Part shown: positions 1-10,234 of the stretch, one piece after another
Layout: every line of letters begins with the position of its first letter
Numbering within the stretch: position 1 is the first letter of the stretch
Assembly (NCBI GenBank): GCA_963422735.1
Contig: OY730476.1
Coordinates: 3,136,001-3,200,000 of the forward strand
Origin: Candidatus Latescibacterota bacterium
GTDB taxonomy: Bacteria > Latescibacterota > UBA2968 > UBA8231
DNA: 64,000 nucleotides
Direction of reading: 5' to 3'
The notes under the pieces: model-generated
What the model was told of the DNA's origin: nothing
Database searches by the model: none
The model's input: only the letters and a program-made list of their open reading frames with translations
Position numbers and translations under genes: made by a program

Positions 1-1
1 G

Positions 2-301
2 GCGAGAGTGGGGAAGGAGTCGCCGGAGCAGACCTATCAGGCGGTAGGGCCGCGCATAGGTTATACCCACGTCAAAGACGCCGTCTATGACCCCCGGCAC
101 ACTCAGGCGATGAGGGACGGTTGGCGCTACGTGCCGCCGGGTGCGGGCCAATTGCCCTTAGAGGGAGCAATAGCCCTGCTCAAGGGGCATGGTTACGACG
201 GCTGGATCATGTTTGAGCACGAGAAGCGCTGGCACCCCGAACTGGAGTCGCCGGAGGAGATATTCCCGATTTTTTCAGCCTGGGTCAGACCGTTTCGGTG
301 A
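2..301 (+). CDS. Sugar phosphate isomerase/epimerase (xylose-isomerase-like TIM barrel), 5'-partial
   Basis: HVKD motif and GYDGWIMFEHEKRWHP C-terminus typical of AP_endonuc_2 family; open at window edge. Confidence 0.75.
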   Translation, partial: ARVGKESPEQTYQAVGPRIGYTHVKDAVYDPRHTQAMRDGWRYVPPGAGQLPLEGAIALLKGHGYDGWIMFEHEKRWHPELESPEEIFPIFSAWVRPFR

Positions 302-1611
302 TGCAGTTACACTATCCCGAAATCGCCCTGCATGTGCCGACCTTGCTCCTACCGAGAGCAGACATTCCCCTCGAAACTTGGTCAGTCATTGCCTGTGACC
401 AATACACCTCGCAGCCCGAATACTGGGAGGAAGTGCGGCGAATCGTCGGAGCCGACCCTTCGACACTACATCTGGTTTTCCCCGAAGCAAACCTCGAGTC
501 GGTTTGCCGCGAACAGGCCGTCGCCCGCATTAACCAGCGGATGCAGGAGTATCTAAAAAGCGGCGTACTGGTGGAGCAGTGGCCCGGTTTTATGCTGGTG
601 GAGCGCGAAGTGGGGCGCGCTGTGCCGCGCAAGGGACTGGTCGTCGCCTTGGACTTGGAGCAGTACGACTACCGAGACGGAGCGCAGAAGCTGATCCGCA
701 CGACCGAGGGCACGGATCAGAGTCGGCTACCCCCGAGGATCCAAGTGCGGGAGAAGGCGTCGCTGGAAACGCCGCACATCATGGTGCTGATCGACGATCC
801 GCAGCAGACAGTGATTGAGCCACTTGGCGAAAAAAACCTGAAGCAAGCCTACGACTTCGAGCTGATGCTAGGCGGCGGCAGACTTAGAGGCTGGCATATT
901 GACGATGGGACGCTGATCGACGAAATCACCGGGCATATCGCCCGCCTCGCGTGTGGCGAACCGCCGCTGATCTACGCGCTGGGAGACGGCAACCACTCCT
1001 TTGCCACAGCGTGCGCCGTCTGGGAGCGGCTCAAGGCGGAGGCAGAGGACGAGCGCCAGATAATGAAGCACCCGGCGCGCTATGCCTTGGCCGAACTAGT
1101 CAATGTCCACGACGAGGGGTTGGAGTTTGCGCCCATCCATCGGGTGGTTTTTGGAGTAGATGTGGCCGATCTCTTGCGGGCGATGGAGGCACACTACACA
1201 GAGTGGGGATTTAGCCGTCGGACCTTTGCCGAGCGAGACGGGTGGGAGGCGGCCTGTCGCGAAACGGCCGTCGGTCCCGGGTACCACATTCCCTATGCAA
1301 GCGGAACAGAGCGCGGCCTGTTGAGCATCGCCAAGCCTAGCTTCCAGCTCGAAGTAGCGTCGTTGCAGGCCTTTTTGGACCACTACCTCGACGCGCATCC
1401 CCTCGCCCGCCTCGACTATATCCACGGCGAGGCCGTGTTAGAGAAGCTGGCCTCGATGTCGGACAGCATCGGCTTCTTCCTGCCGGCGATGGACAAGCGC
1501 GACTTGTTCAAGACTATCGTCATCGACGGGGCCACGCCGCGCAAGACGTTCTCGCTAGGCGAGGCCGCAGAGAAGCGCTACTACTTAGAGTGTCGGCGGC
1601 TAGTGCCGTGA
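298..1611 (+). CDS. DUF1015 domain-containing protein
   Basis: WSVIACDQYTSQPEYW, GDGNHSFATA and PRKTFSLGEAAEKRYYLECR motifs. Confidence 0.85.
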   Translation: MMQLHYPEIALHVPTLLLPRADIPLETWSVIACDQYTSQPEYWEEVRRIVGADPSTLHLVFPEANLESVCREQAVARINQRMQEYLKSGVLVEQWPGFMLVEREVGRAVPRKGLVVALDLEQYDYRDGAQKLIRTTEGTDQSRLPPRIQVREKASLETPHIMVLIDDPQQTVIEPLGEKNLKQAYDFELMLGGGRLRGWHIDDGTLIDEITGHIARLACGEPPLIYALGDGNHSFATACAVWERLKAEAEDERQIMKHPARYALAELVNVHDEGLEFAPIHRVVFGVDVADLLRAMEAHYTEWGFSRRTFAERDGWEAACRETAVGPGYHIPYASGTERGLLSIAKPSFQLEVASLQAFLDHYLDAHPLARLDYIHGEAVLEKLASMSDSIGFFLPAMDKRDLFKTIVIDGATPRKTFSLGEAAEKRYYLECRRLVP

Positions 1612-1620
1612 GCGTTTGAG

Positions 1621-2475
1621 CTACCCGGAATAATCGTATTTCCGATTCCGGCCGATATAGTCAATCGGCCCATCGACAAATTCCGCTACCGTCTCCAACG
1701 CACTATCTGCAAACAGTTCTTCCGTCCCCTTGGGAAACAACAGAGGCTTCCCTGTATGCCACCAGCGCACCCAGTGGATCATGGCGATCATCGGGCGGGG
1801 CTGGTTGGTGTGGTTGGGCATGCCGCGATGCCAGAGGCGCATGTCGCGGACCAGTACGCTGCCGGCGGGCACACTCGGCTGTAGGGGTTTGCACTCGTCG
1901 CGGAGGCGTTCTTCGATTGCGGGTAGCAGCTTGATGTCGCCGTCGTTGAGGGCTCGGGTGGTGTCTAGGTGGGTGCCGGGCCACAGTTCGGTGCTGCCGT
2001 TTTCGGGTGTGGCATCGACGACGGGCACATTGACGACAATGCCGTAGGCCGGCGTCGCCACCTTGAGGTTGGGCCAGAGTTGGCCCGCGTCAACGTGGAG
2101 GGGTTGCTGGGTGGTGTTGGGCAGGCAGGTGTTGCCGCTGTAGAAGGCGTTTTTGACGCCCTCGCCGAGTACTGCCTGAGTTATTTCGACGACGAGGTCG
2201 TTGACCAACACGTCGCGGAAAAGGTAAGGCGGGCAGGGCGGCGGGTCCTGTTGCAGGTGACCGTTGTTGAACTGATAAGGGATGTCGGCGAGGGCGAGGA
2301 TCTTTTCGACATCGGCGAGCATGCACCCGCGCAACATTTCGATATGTGTGGGATCAATGGCGCGGTGGAGGACGACGAAGCCATCGTCGTGTAGGGCGAC
2401 GACGGCCTGTTGCAGGTGCCCCGGTTTTAGTTTGCGCGCACTATGTTCGGCCGCGCTCAATTCCAACTCGACCAT
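1621..2475 (-). CDS. Phytanoyl-CoA dioxygenase (PhyH) family protein
   Basis: Start moved to MVELELS; DGFVVL, QPLHVD (HxD), ENGSTELWPGTH, RLWHRG. Confidence 0.85.
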   Translation of the reverse strand: MVELELSAAEHSARKLKPGHLQQAVVALHDDGFVVLHRAIDPTHIEMLRGCMLADVEKILALADIPYQFNNGHLQQDPPPCPPYLFRDVLVNDLVVEITQAVLGEGVKNAFYSGNTCLPNTTQQPLHVDAGQLWPNLKVATPAYGIVVNVPVVDATPENGSTELWPGTHLDTTRALNDGDIKLLPAIEERLRDECKPLQPSVPAGSVLVRDMRLWHRGMPNHTNQPRPMIAMIHWVRWWHTGKPLLFPKGTEELFADSALETVAEFVDGPIDYIGRNRKYDYSG

Positions 2476-2480
2476 AGCAT

Positions 2481-3470
2481 TCAGGCGCAGGTGGGGTCTT
2501 CGAACGGCCAGCGATTGAAGGAGGGCAAGTTTTCGCCGGCCAGTCTCTCTCGTGCATCGTACCACGATTGCGTCCAAGCCTCTGGGTCGCGCAGTTCGCT
2601 TTGGGGATCTTTGCGGCTGCGGGCGACAAAGCCGGGGAAAAGCGGCCGGCCAGTGGGCTGGCCAGTGGGGTTGTAGCGGAGGTCGAAGCTGATCCGCACC
2701 TGCTCGCTGACGTTGGGTAGCGACGAATGGCAAGTCCGCCGGTGCATGAAGAGCACATCGCCGCGCTTCATTTCGGCGGTGACGACGCGGTCGAGCGCTA
2801 GATCTTGGTCTCGGATAAAGTGGCCGACGCCCTTGAACAGGCAGTGGTGCAATAGCCCGTCGCGGTGGCTGCCGGCGACGACTTCGATACAGCCGTGCTC
2901 GCAAAAGGCATTGGTCAGCGGCACCCACACGGTGAGCATGTCGGCCTCGTCGGCCTCGGGCAGAACCACGCCATTATCTTGGTGCCAAGGCGTGGCACCG
3001 ACGGCGAAGCCAGCGATGCGACCGCGGTGGTCCTTGGGGATGCCGGGCAAGTACTGCTCGGGTGGTTTGATGCGGATGTGCTGGACGGGGTTAGAGTAGA
3101 TTTCCGGGCCGATGAGGTTCTCGATGATGTCGAGGAGCTTTTCGTTGCGCAGCATCGCAAAGGTGGCGGGGCCAACCGCAATGGGTGATTCCGTGCTGAT
3201 GCCGCCTTGGGGCAGCGAGATGTCGAAATGCTGGGCGTGAACGTGGCCAGTTTCGTTGTAGATTTGGCAGAGGCGCTCGTCAAAGCCGAGGTCGGTGTAC
3301 GTGGAGGCGATCTGACCTGCGGCGAGAAGCTCGTTGGCGAGGTTGTCGAGAACTGCGTCGTATTCGGCCAAGACGGGATCGATATCGGTGGTGGGATCGA
3401 GGAGGTCTTCGACGCAGACGAAGCCGTGCTCTCGGTAGTGGTCGAGTTGGGATGGGGTTAGTTGGGGCAT
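2481..3470 (-). CDS. Phytanoyl-CoA dioxygenase (PhyH) family protein
   Basis: Start at MPQLTPSQLDHYREHGF; TPWHQD, HGCIEVVAGSH, HSSLPN, RISFDLRY. Confidence 0.88.
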   Translation of the reverse strand: MPQLTPSQLDHYREHGFVCVEDLLDPTTDIDPVLAEYDAVLDNLANELLAAGQIASTYTDLGFDERLCQIYNETGHVHAQHFDISLPQGGISTESPIAVGPATFAMLRNEKLLDIIENLIGPEIYSNPVQHIRIKPPEQYLPGIPKDHRGRIAGFAVGATPWHQDNGVVLPEADEADMLTVWVPLTNAFCEHGCIEVVAGSHRDGLLHHCLFKGVGHFIRDQDLALDRVVTAEMKRGDVLFMHRRTCHSSLPNVSEQVRISFDLRYNPTGQPTGRPLFPGFVARSRKDPQSELRDPEAWTQSWYDARERLAGENLPSFNRWPFEDPTCA

Positions 3471-3498
3471 GGGTTGGCTTCCTGTGCCCTCGGCGCAT

Positions 3499-3590
3499 TG
3501 ACGAAGGCGACGGTCCATTTGCTCTATGGCCATCTGGGTTCGGGTAAGACCACTTTTGCTCGGGAGTTTGGAGAAAAGACTGGACTCATC
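3499..3590 (+). pseudogene. N-terminal fragment of a P-loop kinase/AAA_33-type ATP-binding protein
   Basis: ATVHLLYGHLGSGKTTFARE (Walker A); similarity stops where the converging mazF remnant ends. Confidence 0.5.
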
Positions 3591-3829
3591 TACAGACCGA
3601 GACAATACCGAACTATAGCTTCCACCTTTTTCAAAGTTGCTCCTGAAACTCGGCCCGTTGCACTGTCTGGAAAGCGTTTTGAATCCAATGATCGAATCTG
3701 AAATCCGAGGAAAACGGTCTCCAAATCTAAGCCTGCTTCTGCTGGCCTCAGCCGAATGTTTGTAGGGGCTTGAGCCCTTTCACTGGGTTGAGATTCACAA
3801 AGTATATTTCACCACGCTCAATCGCCGTT
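3590..3829 (-). pseudogene. PemK/MazF toxin pseudogene (internal deletion and frameshift)
   Basis: IERGEIYFVNLNPVKG in one frame, then APTNIRLRPAEAGLDLETVFLGFQIRSLDSKRF...VEAIVRYCLGL* in another; the conserved RP-containing core is missing. Confidence 0.8.
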
Positions 3830-4050
3830 AATCGTCCAGAGACCATCTTGCTCTGTGGCCGAGAACTCATGCTCAATTTCCTGAAGTTCCTTTGGGATTT
3901 CAGGACCAGTGGCATTTTACTTAAATTGAGCATCTTTATCAGTTTTACCAGAAGTATCAGTTCGTATCCGGTGGCTCACTCGCCCAATAAGCAGCAATTG
4001 CTCACCTAAAGACAAACGATAGATGTTTTCTTCGTTCAGTAAGAAGTGAT
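3830..4050 (-). pseudogene. Degraded putative antitoxin upstream of the mazF remnant
   Basis: Broken segments EENIYRLSLGEQLLLIGRVSHRIR and ATGPEIPKELQEIEHEFSATEQDG, interrupted by a stop/frameshift; low-GC patch. Confidence 0.55.
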
Positions 4051-4163
4051 GGCTCAGACGTCCCGTTCCTCTTTGATAGACTGCTCTACTGGGGATGATC
4101 GGAAGTTCAACAAAGACCTCTCGAAAGTCAAGAAACGCTCCTTTACCCTGATTGGAGTCCGCC

Positions 4164-5387
4164 ATGAAACTCAACCGCGACGAATTTCTGGAAACCGGCT
4201 ACCTCATCGTCAAGGAAGCTGTGCAGCGCGACAAGCTCGAACGCGTCCGACAGGCGTACGAGACGCTCGTCAACCGCCAGCGCGAGAATTGGAAGGCCGA
4301 GCGTGCGGAAAATGATCCACCGGAAGGCGTATGGGAGACCGCGCCGCAGCCTCGTCTGCAACTCTCAAGACCGCCGCTCGTCAATCAGATCGACCCGGAG
4401 ACCGCACCGGCGGTTGAGGTATGGCTTGAAGAGAACATCCATGGGGTCAGCACAGAACTCCTCAATATAGCGGACGGGGCCGTCACAGAAATGATGATGA
4501 TGTGCAACCCCGTCAGGGATCATGGCCCGGCAAAGTGGCACCGCGATCTCCATCCGATTGACACGGCGCCGCTCCAAGGCTATATCGACGACATCCTCGA
4601 AGGAGGCCCGCGTTACGTCCAATGGAACATCCCGCTATACGACGATAGCGTCCTTTGGGTGATACCGGGCAGCCATCTGCGGCCGAACACGCCCGAAGAG
4701 AACGAAGTGATGTTGGCAGATCCTCGCTGCCCGTTGCCCAATGGTGTGCAGACCCACCTTGAAGCCGGTGACGGCGTCGTCTATATCCTCCCAATCCTCC
4801 ACTGGGGCAGCAACTACAACCCCAAAATGCGGCGAACCGTTCACGGTGGTTTCTCGACCTATACTTCAATCGATGAACTCTCGTTTACCGACCATATCTC
4901 CACAGACGCCCAGGCAGCGTTCGCGCGCTGGAACGACCGCAGTGAGAAGATGGAGCAGCATACGGAATTGGCTCTGCGGGCCGTTCTCGCGGGAGATGGA
5001 GCCGAGTATCTGAGCACCCTAGACGGCCTCCATCCGGAGCGAGTCGAGAAAGGCAGAATTCTGTCAACGGTCTTTCTCTGCAAAGCAGCACTTGGGATTC
5101 GACTACAAAAGGATCCTCCACTGCGTGGAATCGCCGAAGATCTCCAACATCGCGTTCTTGGGAAGCACCCTATCACGCTCAACTGGGGGCCGAAGTTCGC
5201 CGATCGATTTACCCCGGATGAGGCGTACTTACTTTGGAATCGCTTCAGTCCGCTCGAGGCCTTGCTCCAAGCGGACGAGGAACACTTTGTGCCGGGCTTC
5301 CAGGCCACCCCGATGAAGCACTACTTCAACGAGATGCCCGCAGATTATGGGGCGGCGGACTTCATCGCCAGTTGGACGGGCACGTGA
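4164..5387 (+). CDS. Phytanoyl-CoA dioxygenase (PhyH) family protein with C-terminal extension
   Basis: MKLNRDEFLETGYLIV, KWHRD, LWVIPGSH, ILHWG; GGAG RBS upstream. Confidence 0.85.
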   Translation: MKLNRDEFLETGYLIVKEAVQRDKLERVRQAYETLVNRQRENWKAERAENDPPEGVWETAPQPRLQLSRPPLVNQIDPETAPAVEVWLEENIHGVSTELLNIADGAVTEMMMMCNPVRDHGPAKWHRDLHPIDTAPLQGYIDDILEGGPRYVQWNIPLYDDSVLWVIPGSHLRPNTPEENEVMLADPRCPLPNGVQTHLEAGDGVVYILPILHWGSNYNPKMRRTVHGGFSTYTSIDELSFTDHISTDAQAAFARWNDRSEKMEQHTELALRAVLAGDGAEYLSTLDGLHPERVEKGRILSTVFLCKAALGIRLQKDPPLRGIAEDLQHRVLGKHPITLNWGPKFADRFTPDEAYLLWNRFSPLEALLQADEEHFVPGFQATPMKHYFNEMPADYGAADFIASWTGT

Positions 5388-5453
5388 TCTAACCTTAGTT
5401 CCGCCGACAACCCGCGCTTGCGCGACCAGCAACATCAACCGGGAGAGACGAAA

Positions 5454-6473
5454 ATGAGCCAACTCAGCATCGGCGTCGCCGGGCTTGGCCACGGCAGCAC
5501 GCTACTTGGTGCCAACCAGCCAGAAAACAGCACCCTGCCGATCCGCGTCACCGCTTTGTGCGATACGCAGCAGGACAAGCTCGAAGCACTCGGCCGCGAA
5601 TGCGGAATCGACGCCTTGACATCTGATTTCGACGAGCTGGTCGCGCACAGCGACCTCGATATCATCGGCATCTACACGCCCGGACCGCTCCATGCCCAGC
5701 AGATATTGACCGCGCTCGCCGCAGGCAAACACGTGATGGTCACCAAGTCGATGGTGTACACAATGGAAGAAGTGGAGCAGGTTGTGGAAGCTGTTGACAG
5801 ATCCGGCAAGGTGCTGCTCGTCACGCAGAGTCTGCGCGGCCGGTATGACTTTATCGAAGCAAAGTGCGCCTGCGACGCTGGAGAGATCGGCGAGATATTC
5901 ATGGCCGAAGCCCACTATGTTCACGATCTTCGCCCGGTCTATGACTACTCCCCTTGGCGAGTCGAGATGCCGCAAGACCTGATTCTGGGCGGTGCCTGCC
6001 ACCCGATTGATCTTCTGCGCTGGTTCATGGGCGACATCGACGAAGTCCACTGTTACGGGCTACGCAGCGGCGTCTCACCGGGCTATCCCCAAGAGGACAA
6101 CTTCGTCATCAACGCGAAGTTCACATCTGGGAAAATCGGACGCATTGCAAGCTTACTCGGCATCATACACCCGCACGACGTCCCGATGAATAGCCTGAGC
6201 ATCTATGGGACCCGTGGCACAATCCTCAACGGCGTAAAGAGCCTCGATCCAACCGGCGACCTGCCCGTACGCAAGGTCACAGCCGAGTTTTCATCCATGC
6301 GGGGACACGCCGGAGAGATGATCGTCATGCTGCGGCACATGGCCGATTGCGTCCTGAACGGCACAAAGCCCTGGGTTGGCGTCCGCGAGGGGGCCAGGGT
6401 TGTCGCCACAGGGCTTGCGTGTTGGGCCTCCCTCAGATCGGGGATGCCGGAGAAAGTGCGGAATGACTTCTGA
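5454..6473 (+). CDS. Gfo/Idh/MocA family oxidoreductase
   Basis: GVAGLG Rossmann start, YTPGPLH, GKHVMVTK, GACHPIDLLRW. Confidence 0.88.
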   Translation: MSQLSIGVAGLGHGSTLLGANQPENSTLPIRVTALCDTQQDKLEALGRECGIDALTSDFDELVAHSDLDIIGIYTPGPLHAQQILTALAAGKHVMVTKSMVYTMEEVEQVVEAVDRSGKVLLVTQSLRGRYDFIEAKCACDAGEIGEIFMAEAHYVHDLRPVYDYSPWRVEMPQDLILGGACHPIDLLRWFMGDIDEVHCYGLRSGVSPGYPQEDNFVINAKFTSGKIGRIASLLGIIHPHDVPMNSLSIYGTRGTILNGVKSLDPTGDLPVRKVTAEFSSMRGHAGEMIVMLRHMADCVLNGTKPWVGVREGARVVATGLACWASLRSGMPEKVRNDF

Positions 6474-6576
6474 GAGGTTGAAACTTTCGCTCTCACGGCT
6501 TTAGAAGCTGTCTGCAAACCCCTCGCGGGCAGGACAGGCGCGGTGAAGCAGAAAGCTTCTTAGATGGGAAACTTTC

Positions 6577-7566
6577 ATGCCCGTTTGTATTCCCAAAGAC
6601 GCTAGGCGCGTAATGCCGGATCGGTTGCGCGATTTTGCCACTGAAGTATTGAGCAAAGTCCATTTGCCCGATGGCGATGCTGCGCTGATTGCGCGCTATT
6701 TGGTGGATGTGGATTTGCGCGGTGTGGTCTCCCACGGCACTCGCCAGTTGCAACGGTATGTGGCTGAGTTTCGAGAAGGGCGTATTAACCCACATCCCGA
6801 AGTCGCCCAAATCATGGATGCCCCTTCAATGGCGATTTTTGACGGCGACGGCGGTGCGGGTTATCTGGTGGCAACGCGAGCAACAGAGGCGGTCATTGAA
6901 AGGGCAAAAGCAAATGGCATTGCCGTTGCGTGTACGCGCAATCACGGGCATGTGGGCAGCGTGGGGATTTATGCGCGGCTGGCACTAACACGCGATTTGG
7001 CGACCTTTTCCGTGGCAGGAGGTATCGCTTGGGAAAAACCAACGCGTCCCGATGCAACGGTGTGGGATGCAATACATGCACCCCCGATGTGTTTTGGCAT
7101 TCCAACGGCAGAAAACCCGCCTTTTGTGCTGGATATGAATGCGAACATGTTGAAAGATCGCAGCAAGCTCGCCGAAGCATTGCAGACATTTCCAGACTTT
7201 ATTTTTAAAAGTTTGGGAATGCGATTTACGTCGTGGTTCTTGGCGGGCATTTTAGCGGGCACAGCGACCCCTGAATCGCGCAACCCAAAATTCTCAAGTG
7301 CCACGCGGGGATTTACGATTGTGGCGATTGATGCGGCGCGATTGGGCGATTTGGAGGCTTATAAGGCAGAGATTTCTCGCATTTTACGCGAGAGCCGGTC
7401 GCTGAACCCCATGCCGGGTTTGGCAAATGCCGAAGTCCCCGGCAGCTTGGAATGGCAACGCGAACAAGTACATACGCAAAGAGGTATTCCACTGACTGAA
7501 GAACATCTCGACGTGTTGCAGCACATTGCCACAGAGATCAATGTGCCCGTCCCCTGGGAGTCGTAA
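6577..7566 (+). CDS. Ldh_2 family (malate/L-lactate/ureidoglycolate-type) oxidoreductase
   Basis: DLRGVVSHG, DGDGGAG, RNHGHVG, VPGSLE...GIPL motifs. Confidence 0.85.
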   Translation: MPVCIPKDARRVMPDRLRDFATEVLSKVHLPDGDAALIARYLVDVDLRGVVSHGTRQLQRYVAEFREGRINPHPEVAQIMDAPSMAIFDGDGGAGYLVATRATEAVIERAKANGIAVACTRNHGHVGSVGIYARLALTRDLATFSVAGGIAWEKPTRPDATVWDAIHAPPMCFGIPTAENPPFVLDMNANMLKDRSKLAEALQTFPDFIFKSLGMRFTSWFLAGILAGTATPESRNPKFSSATRGFTIVAIDAARLGDLEAYKAEISRILRESRSLNPMPGLANAEVPGSLEWQREQVHTQRGIPLTEEHLDVLQHIATEINVPVPWES

Positions 7567-7599
7567 ATGGGCAATAACCCTGCGATGCGCGGACCGCAC

Positions 7600-8271
7600 C
7601 TACCCTTCCCCTTCAAAAGCGAGTACGCGCAGCGGAATGGCGTCGGTTTCGGCCGCCGGCAGCGGCTGGGCGAAAAGGTAAACGCGGGGTTGTCGCAGGT
7701 CGCCTAAGCGGTCCAAGCTCTCGATCAGGGGAATGCCGCATGCGAAGAGTAGGCGGTGGTTGGGCAGGCTGCAGTCGCCCGGAATATCTAGGCCGGGAGT
7801 GTCGATACCGACCAATTTGACGCCTACCTCGACGAGCCACTGCAAAGCTGCGGTCGAAGGGTAAGGCGGATAAGAACCAGCGGTAGCTCGTTGATCCCAA
7901 TCAAAGCGAAAGAGTGCGATGTCGCCCGGACGGGCGCCTCCACCCGGATCGGCGGCCCGTTGGAGTTGCGCTGGCGAAAGCGGCTCACCTAGCGGAGCAT
8001 CACTAAAGTCGAAGACGATGGCCTCGCCGAAAAAGCACTCGACATCGAGATCGGCGATGGCAGGGCCGTCTTGCACGGCGTGCAAAGGCCCCTCGACATG
8101 GGTGCCGGCGTGCCCGCCCATTTCGATGCTGGTAGTGATATACCAGCGATCGGTCGGCGGATCATCGACGGGAACGCGCGCCGTGCGGTAGTGGATGAGG
8201 CGACCTTCCGACGGCGTGATGGTCCGCGAAAGGTCGATCATGCGGCTGTAGGCAAACGAGGGAACCTTCAC
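7600..8271 (-). CDS. Cyclase/kynurenine formamidase family metal-dependent hydrolase
   Basis: IDLSRTI, HAGTHVEGPLH, VGIDTPGLD, IPLIESL. Confidence 0.85.
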   Translation of the reverse strand: MKVPSFAYSRMIDLSRTITPSEGRLIHYRTARVPVDDPPTDRWYITTSIEMGGHAGTHVEGPLHAVQDGPAIADLDVECFFGEAIVFDFSDAPLGEPLSPAQLQRAADPGGGARPGDIALFRFDWDQRATAGSYPPYPSTAALQWLVEVGVKLVGIDTPGLDIPGDCSLPNHRLLFACGIPLIESLDRLGDLRQPRVYLFAQPLPAAETDAIPLRVLAFEGEG

Positions 8272-9047
8272 GCGATGGCTTTCTTGAGGGCGACAGCGGT
8301 CTCGCCGTCGTCGGCATAAGCCGGCAGCGCACCACTCAGCGTTACTCTCCCATCGTAGCCGGCAGTGTGCAACGTGTGCAGAAAGAGTGCGTGATCGGTC
8401 GGCGTGGTTTGCGGTTGGCCGCGCCCCGGCTCGGCAATGTGGGCGTGAATCAGATGCGGCCCGGCTTCTTTGAGTGCGTCGAAGGACTCGCCGTTGAGCT
8501 TCATGTGGAAGAAGTCGGCCATCAGCTTGGCATGAGAGCGGTTGACGTCCTTTATGAACGCAGTCGCTTCAGAGACTGTATTGAGCAGGTTGGCGTCATC
8601 TCGGTTATAGGGCTCAAGCGCGACCTTGACGCCCCGTGGCTCGCCGAGATCGGCGCACAGGTGCAAGAAGTCGGCGACCTGTTGGCGGGCTTTGTTGTGG
8701 TCGAAACCGTCGGTCACCCAGCGCGAACCACCGCTCCCATAGCCGATGACCTCAACCCCGGCCCGCTGCATCAGGTCGAAGACCCTAGTCACAAAAGTAC
8801 GCAGCCGTTCCAAGCTCACGTCGGGGCCGACGATCATCAGCCCACGCCCCTGCGGGTCGGGAATAAAGCCGCACATCGTCTTCATCTGTAGCGGGTGTTT
8901 TTCCAAAAGCGCTAGGCACTCGCGCTCGGTCTGGGGGTCGTCTGCGTCGGCACCGAACAGACCGGGGAAGCCTTCGAGATAGTCGAAGTCCCAATCAACG
9001 GACTCTTCAAGCTCTTGACGATTGGTAACTAGGAGGCCGATCTGCAC
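8268..9047 (-). CDS. Sugar phosphate isomerase/epimerase
   Basis: GSGGSR, ALEPYN, ADFFHM, HAHIAE; GTG start just after the upstream stop. Confidence 0.82.
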   Translation of the reverse strand: MQIGLLVTNRQELEESVDWDFDYLEGFPGLFGADADDPQTERECLALLEKHPLQMKTMCGFIPDPQGRGLMIVGPDVSLERLRTFVTRVFDLMQRAGVEVIGYGSGGSRWVTDGFDHNKARQQVADFLHLCADLGEPRGVKVALEPYNRDDANLLNTVSEATAFIKDVNRSHAKLMADFFHMKLNGESFDALKEAGPHLIHAHIAEPGRGQPQTTPTDHALFLHTLHTAGYDGRVTLSGALPAYADDGETAVALKKAIA

Positions 9048-9049
9048 GA

Positions 9050-10138
9050 TTACTTGTCCCTGATCCAGCTCATGCCCTCGCCGCGGACCAGAAAGGAGCG
9101 CTCGTCCCAATGGCCGGGCCGGGTGACGGGCATACGGCCCTCCTCGACGGCGACGTCGAGCGGGTTGTCGCGGGTTTGCAGCGGCAGAGCCACGCGCTCG
9201 TGCAGCCTAGCCGACTCATAGACGCCCATCATAATCTCGGTGGCAGCCTTGCCGTGCTCGGCCTTGCCATAGTAGTCCTCAAAGTCCCCCTCGATCCAGC
9301 GGCAGATCCCGTAGGCCTGATCGACGAAGGCGTTGCCGTAGCCGCCGGCCTTGTCGGTGGGCGCGAGCTCCTGCCAGCCATTGGAACTGGCCGTCATATA
9401 GCGCAGGCTATTGTCGCTGACGACTATCATGCCGTCTTCGCCATAGATGGTAGCACCCACCTGATAAATATCGTTCATCTCGTTTTCGATCACGCCCTCG
9501 ACCCCGTCGGGATAGCCGATGATCCCCACGCAGCGGTCTTCGACCCGGTGGCCGAAGACGAAGTGATCCGTGTGGCGCTCGACCGAGCCCATGACCCATT
9601 CGGCCTGCGGGTCGCCGAGGGCGTAGAGCTGGAAGTCGATGCAGTGGGTACCGGTGTTCATCATTCCGGCCTTGACCGCGGACCACAGCCGCTGCGGCTT
9701 GCCGATGGCTCCGTCAGCGATCATCTGCCGAGCCTCGCGCCAAGAAGAATAAAAGCGGCGCTGGTGGCCGATGGCTAGCTTGACGTTATTGCGCTCTGCG
9801 GCGATGACCATGGCCTCGGCCTCGCCCAAAGAGACGGCCATAGGCTTTTCGCAGAGTACGGCTTTGGGCCGGCGCGAGCAGGCGGCGATGGACATTTCCG
9901 CGTGCTGGGGGTCCCAAGAGCAAACGCTGACGATGTCGAGATTTTCCACATCGAGCATCTCTCGGTAGTCGAGGTACTGTTTTTCGACGGTGAAATCCGC
10001 GGCGTAGCTGGCTAAGGCTTCGGAGTGGGAGTCGGCACAGGCGACGATTTCAGCGTGTTTACACTCGGCCCAACCGCGGCCGTGCTCGCGGGCAATGCGG
10101 CCGGCGGCAATGACGCCTACGCGATATTTGGCGGGCAT
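9050..10138 (-). CDS. Gfo/Idh/MocA family oxidoreductase
   Basis: AVLCEKPMA, GHQRRF, GTHCID. Confidence 0.9.
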   Translation of the reverse strand: MPAKYRVGVIAAGRIAREHGRGWAECKHAEIVACADSHSEALASYAADFTVEKQYLDYREMLDVENLDIVSVCSWDPQHAEMSIAACSRRPKAVLCEKPMAVSLGEAEAMVIAAERNNVKLAIGHQRRFYSSWREARQMIADGAIGKPQRLWSAVKAGMMNTGTHCIDFQLYALGDPQAEWVMGSVERHTDHFVFGHRVEDRCVGIIGYPDGVEGVIENEMNDIYQVGATIYGEDGMIVVSDNSLRYMTASSNGWQELAPTDKAGGYGNAFVDQAYGICRWIEGDFEDYYGKAEHGKAATEIMMGVYESARLHERVALPLQTRDNPLDVAVEEGRMPVTRPGHWDERSFLVRGEGMSWIRDK

Positions 10139-10150
10139 AGAGTCCTTTCA

Positions 10151-10230
10151 GTGGTTAGTGGTCAGCGGCCAGTCCTCCCCCCTCCTTCTTGGTGGGAAGG
10201 GGATGGGGCAAGCCACTGGGCACTGACCAC
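10151..10230. repeat. Imperfect inverted repeat built from GTGGTCA-like heptamers
   Basis: GTGGTTAGTGGTCAGCGGC (10151-10169) versus the reverse complement of GCCACTGGGCACTGACCAC (10212-10230). Confidence 0.6.
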
Positions 10231-10234
10231 TTTT

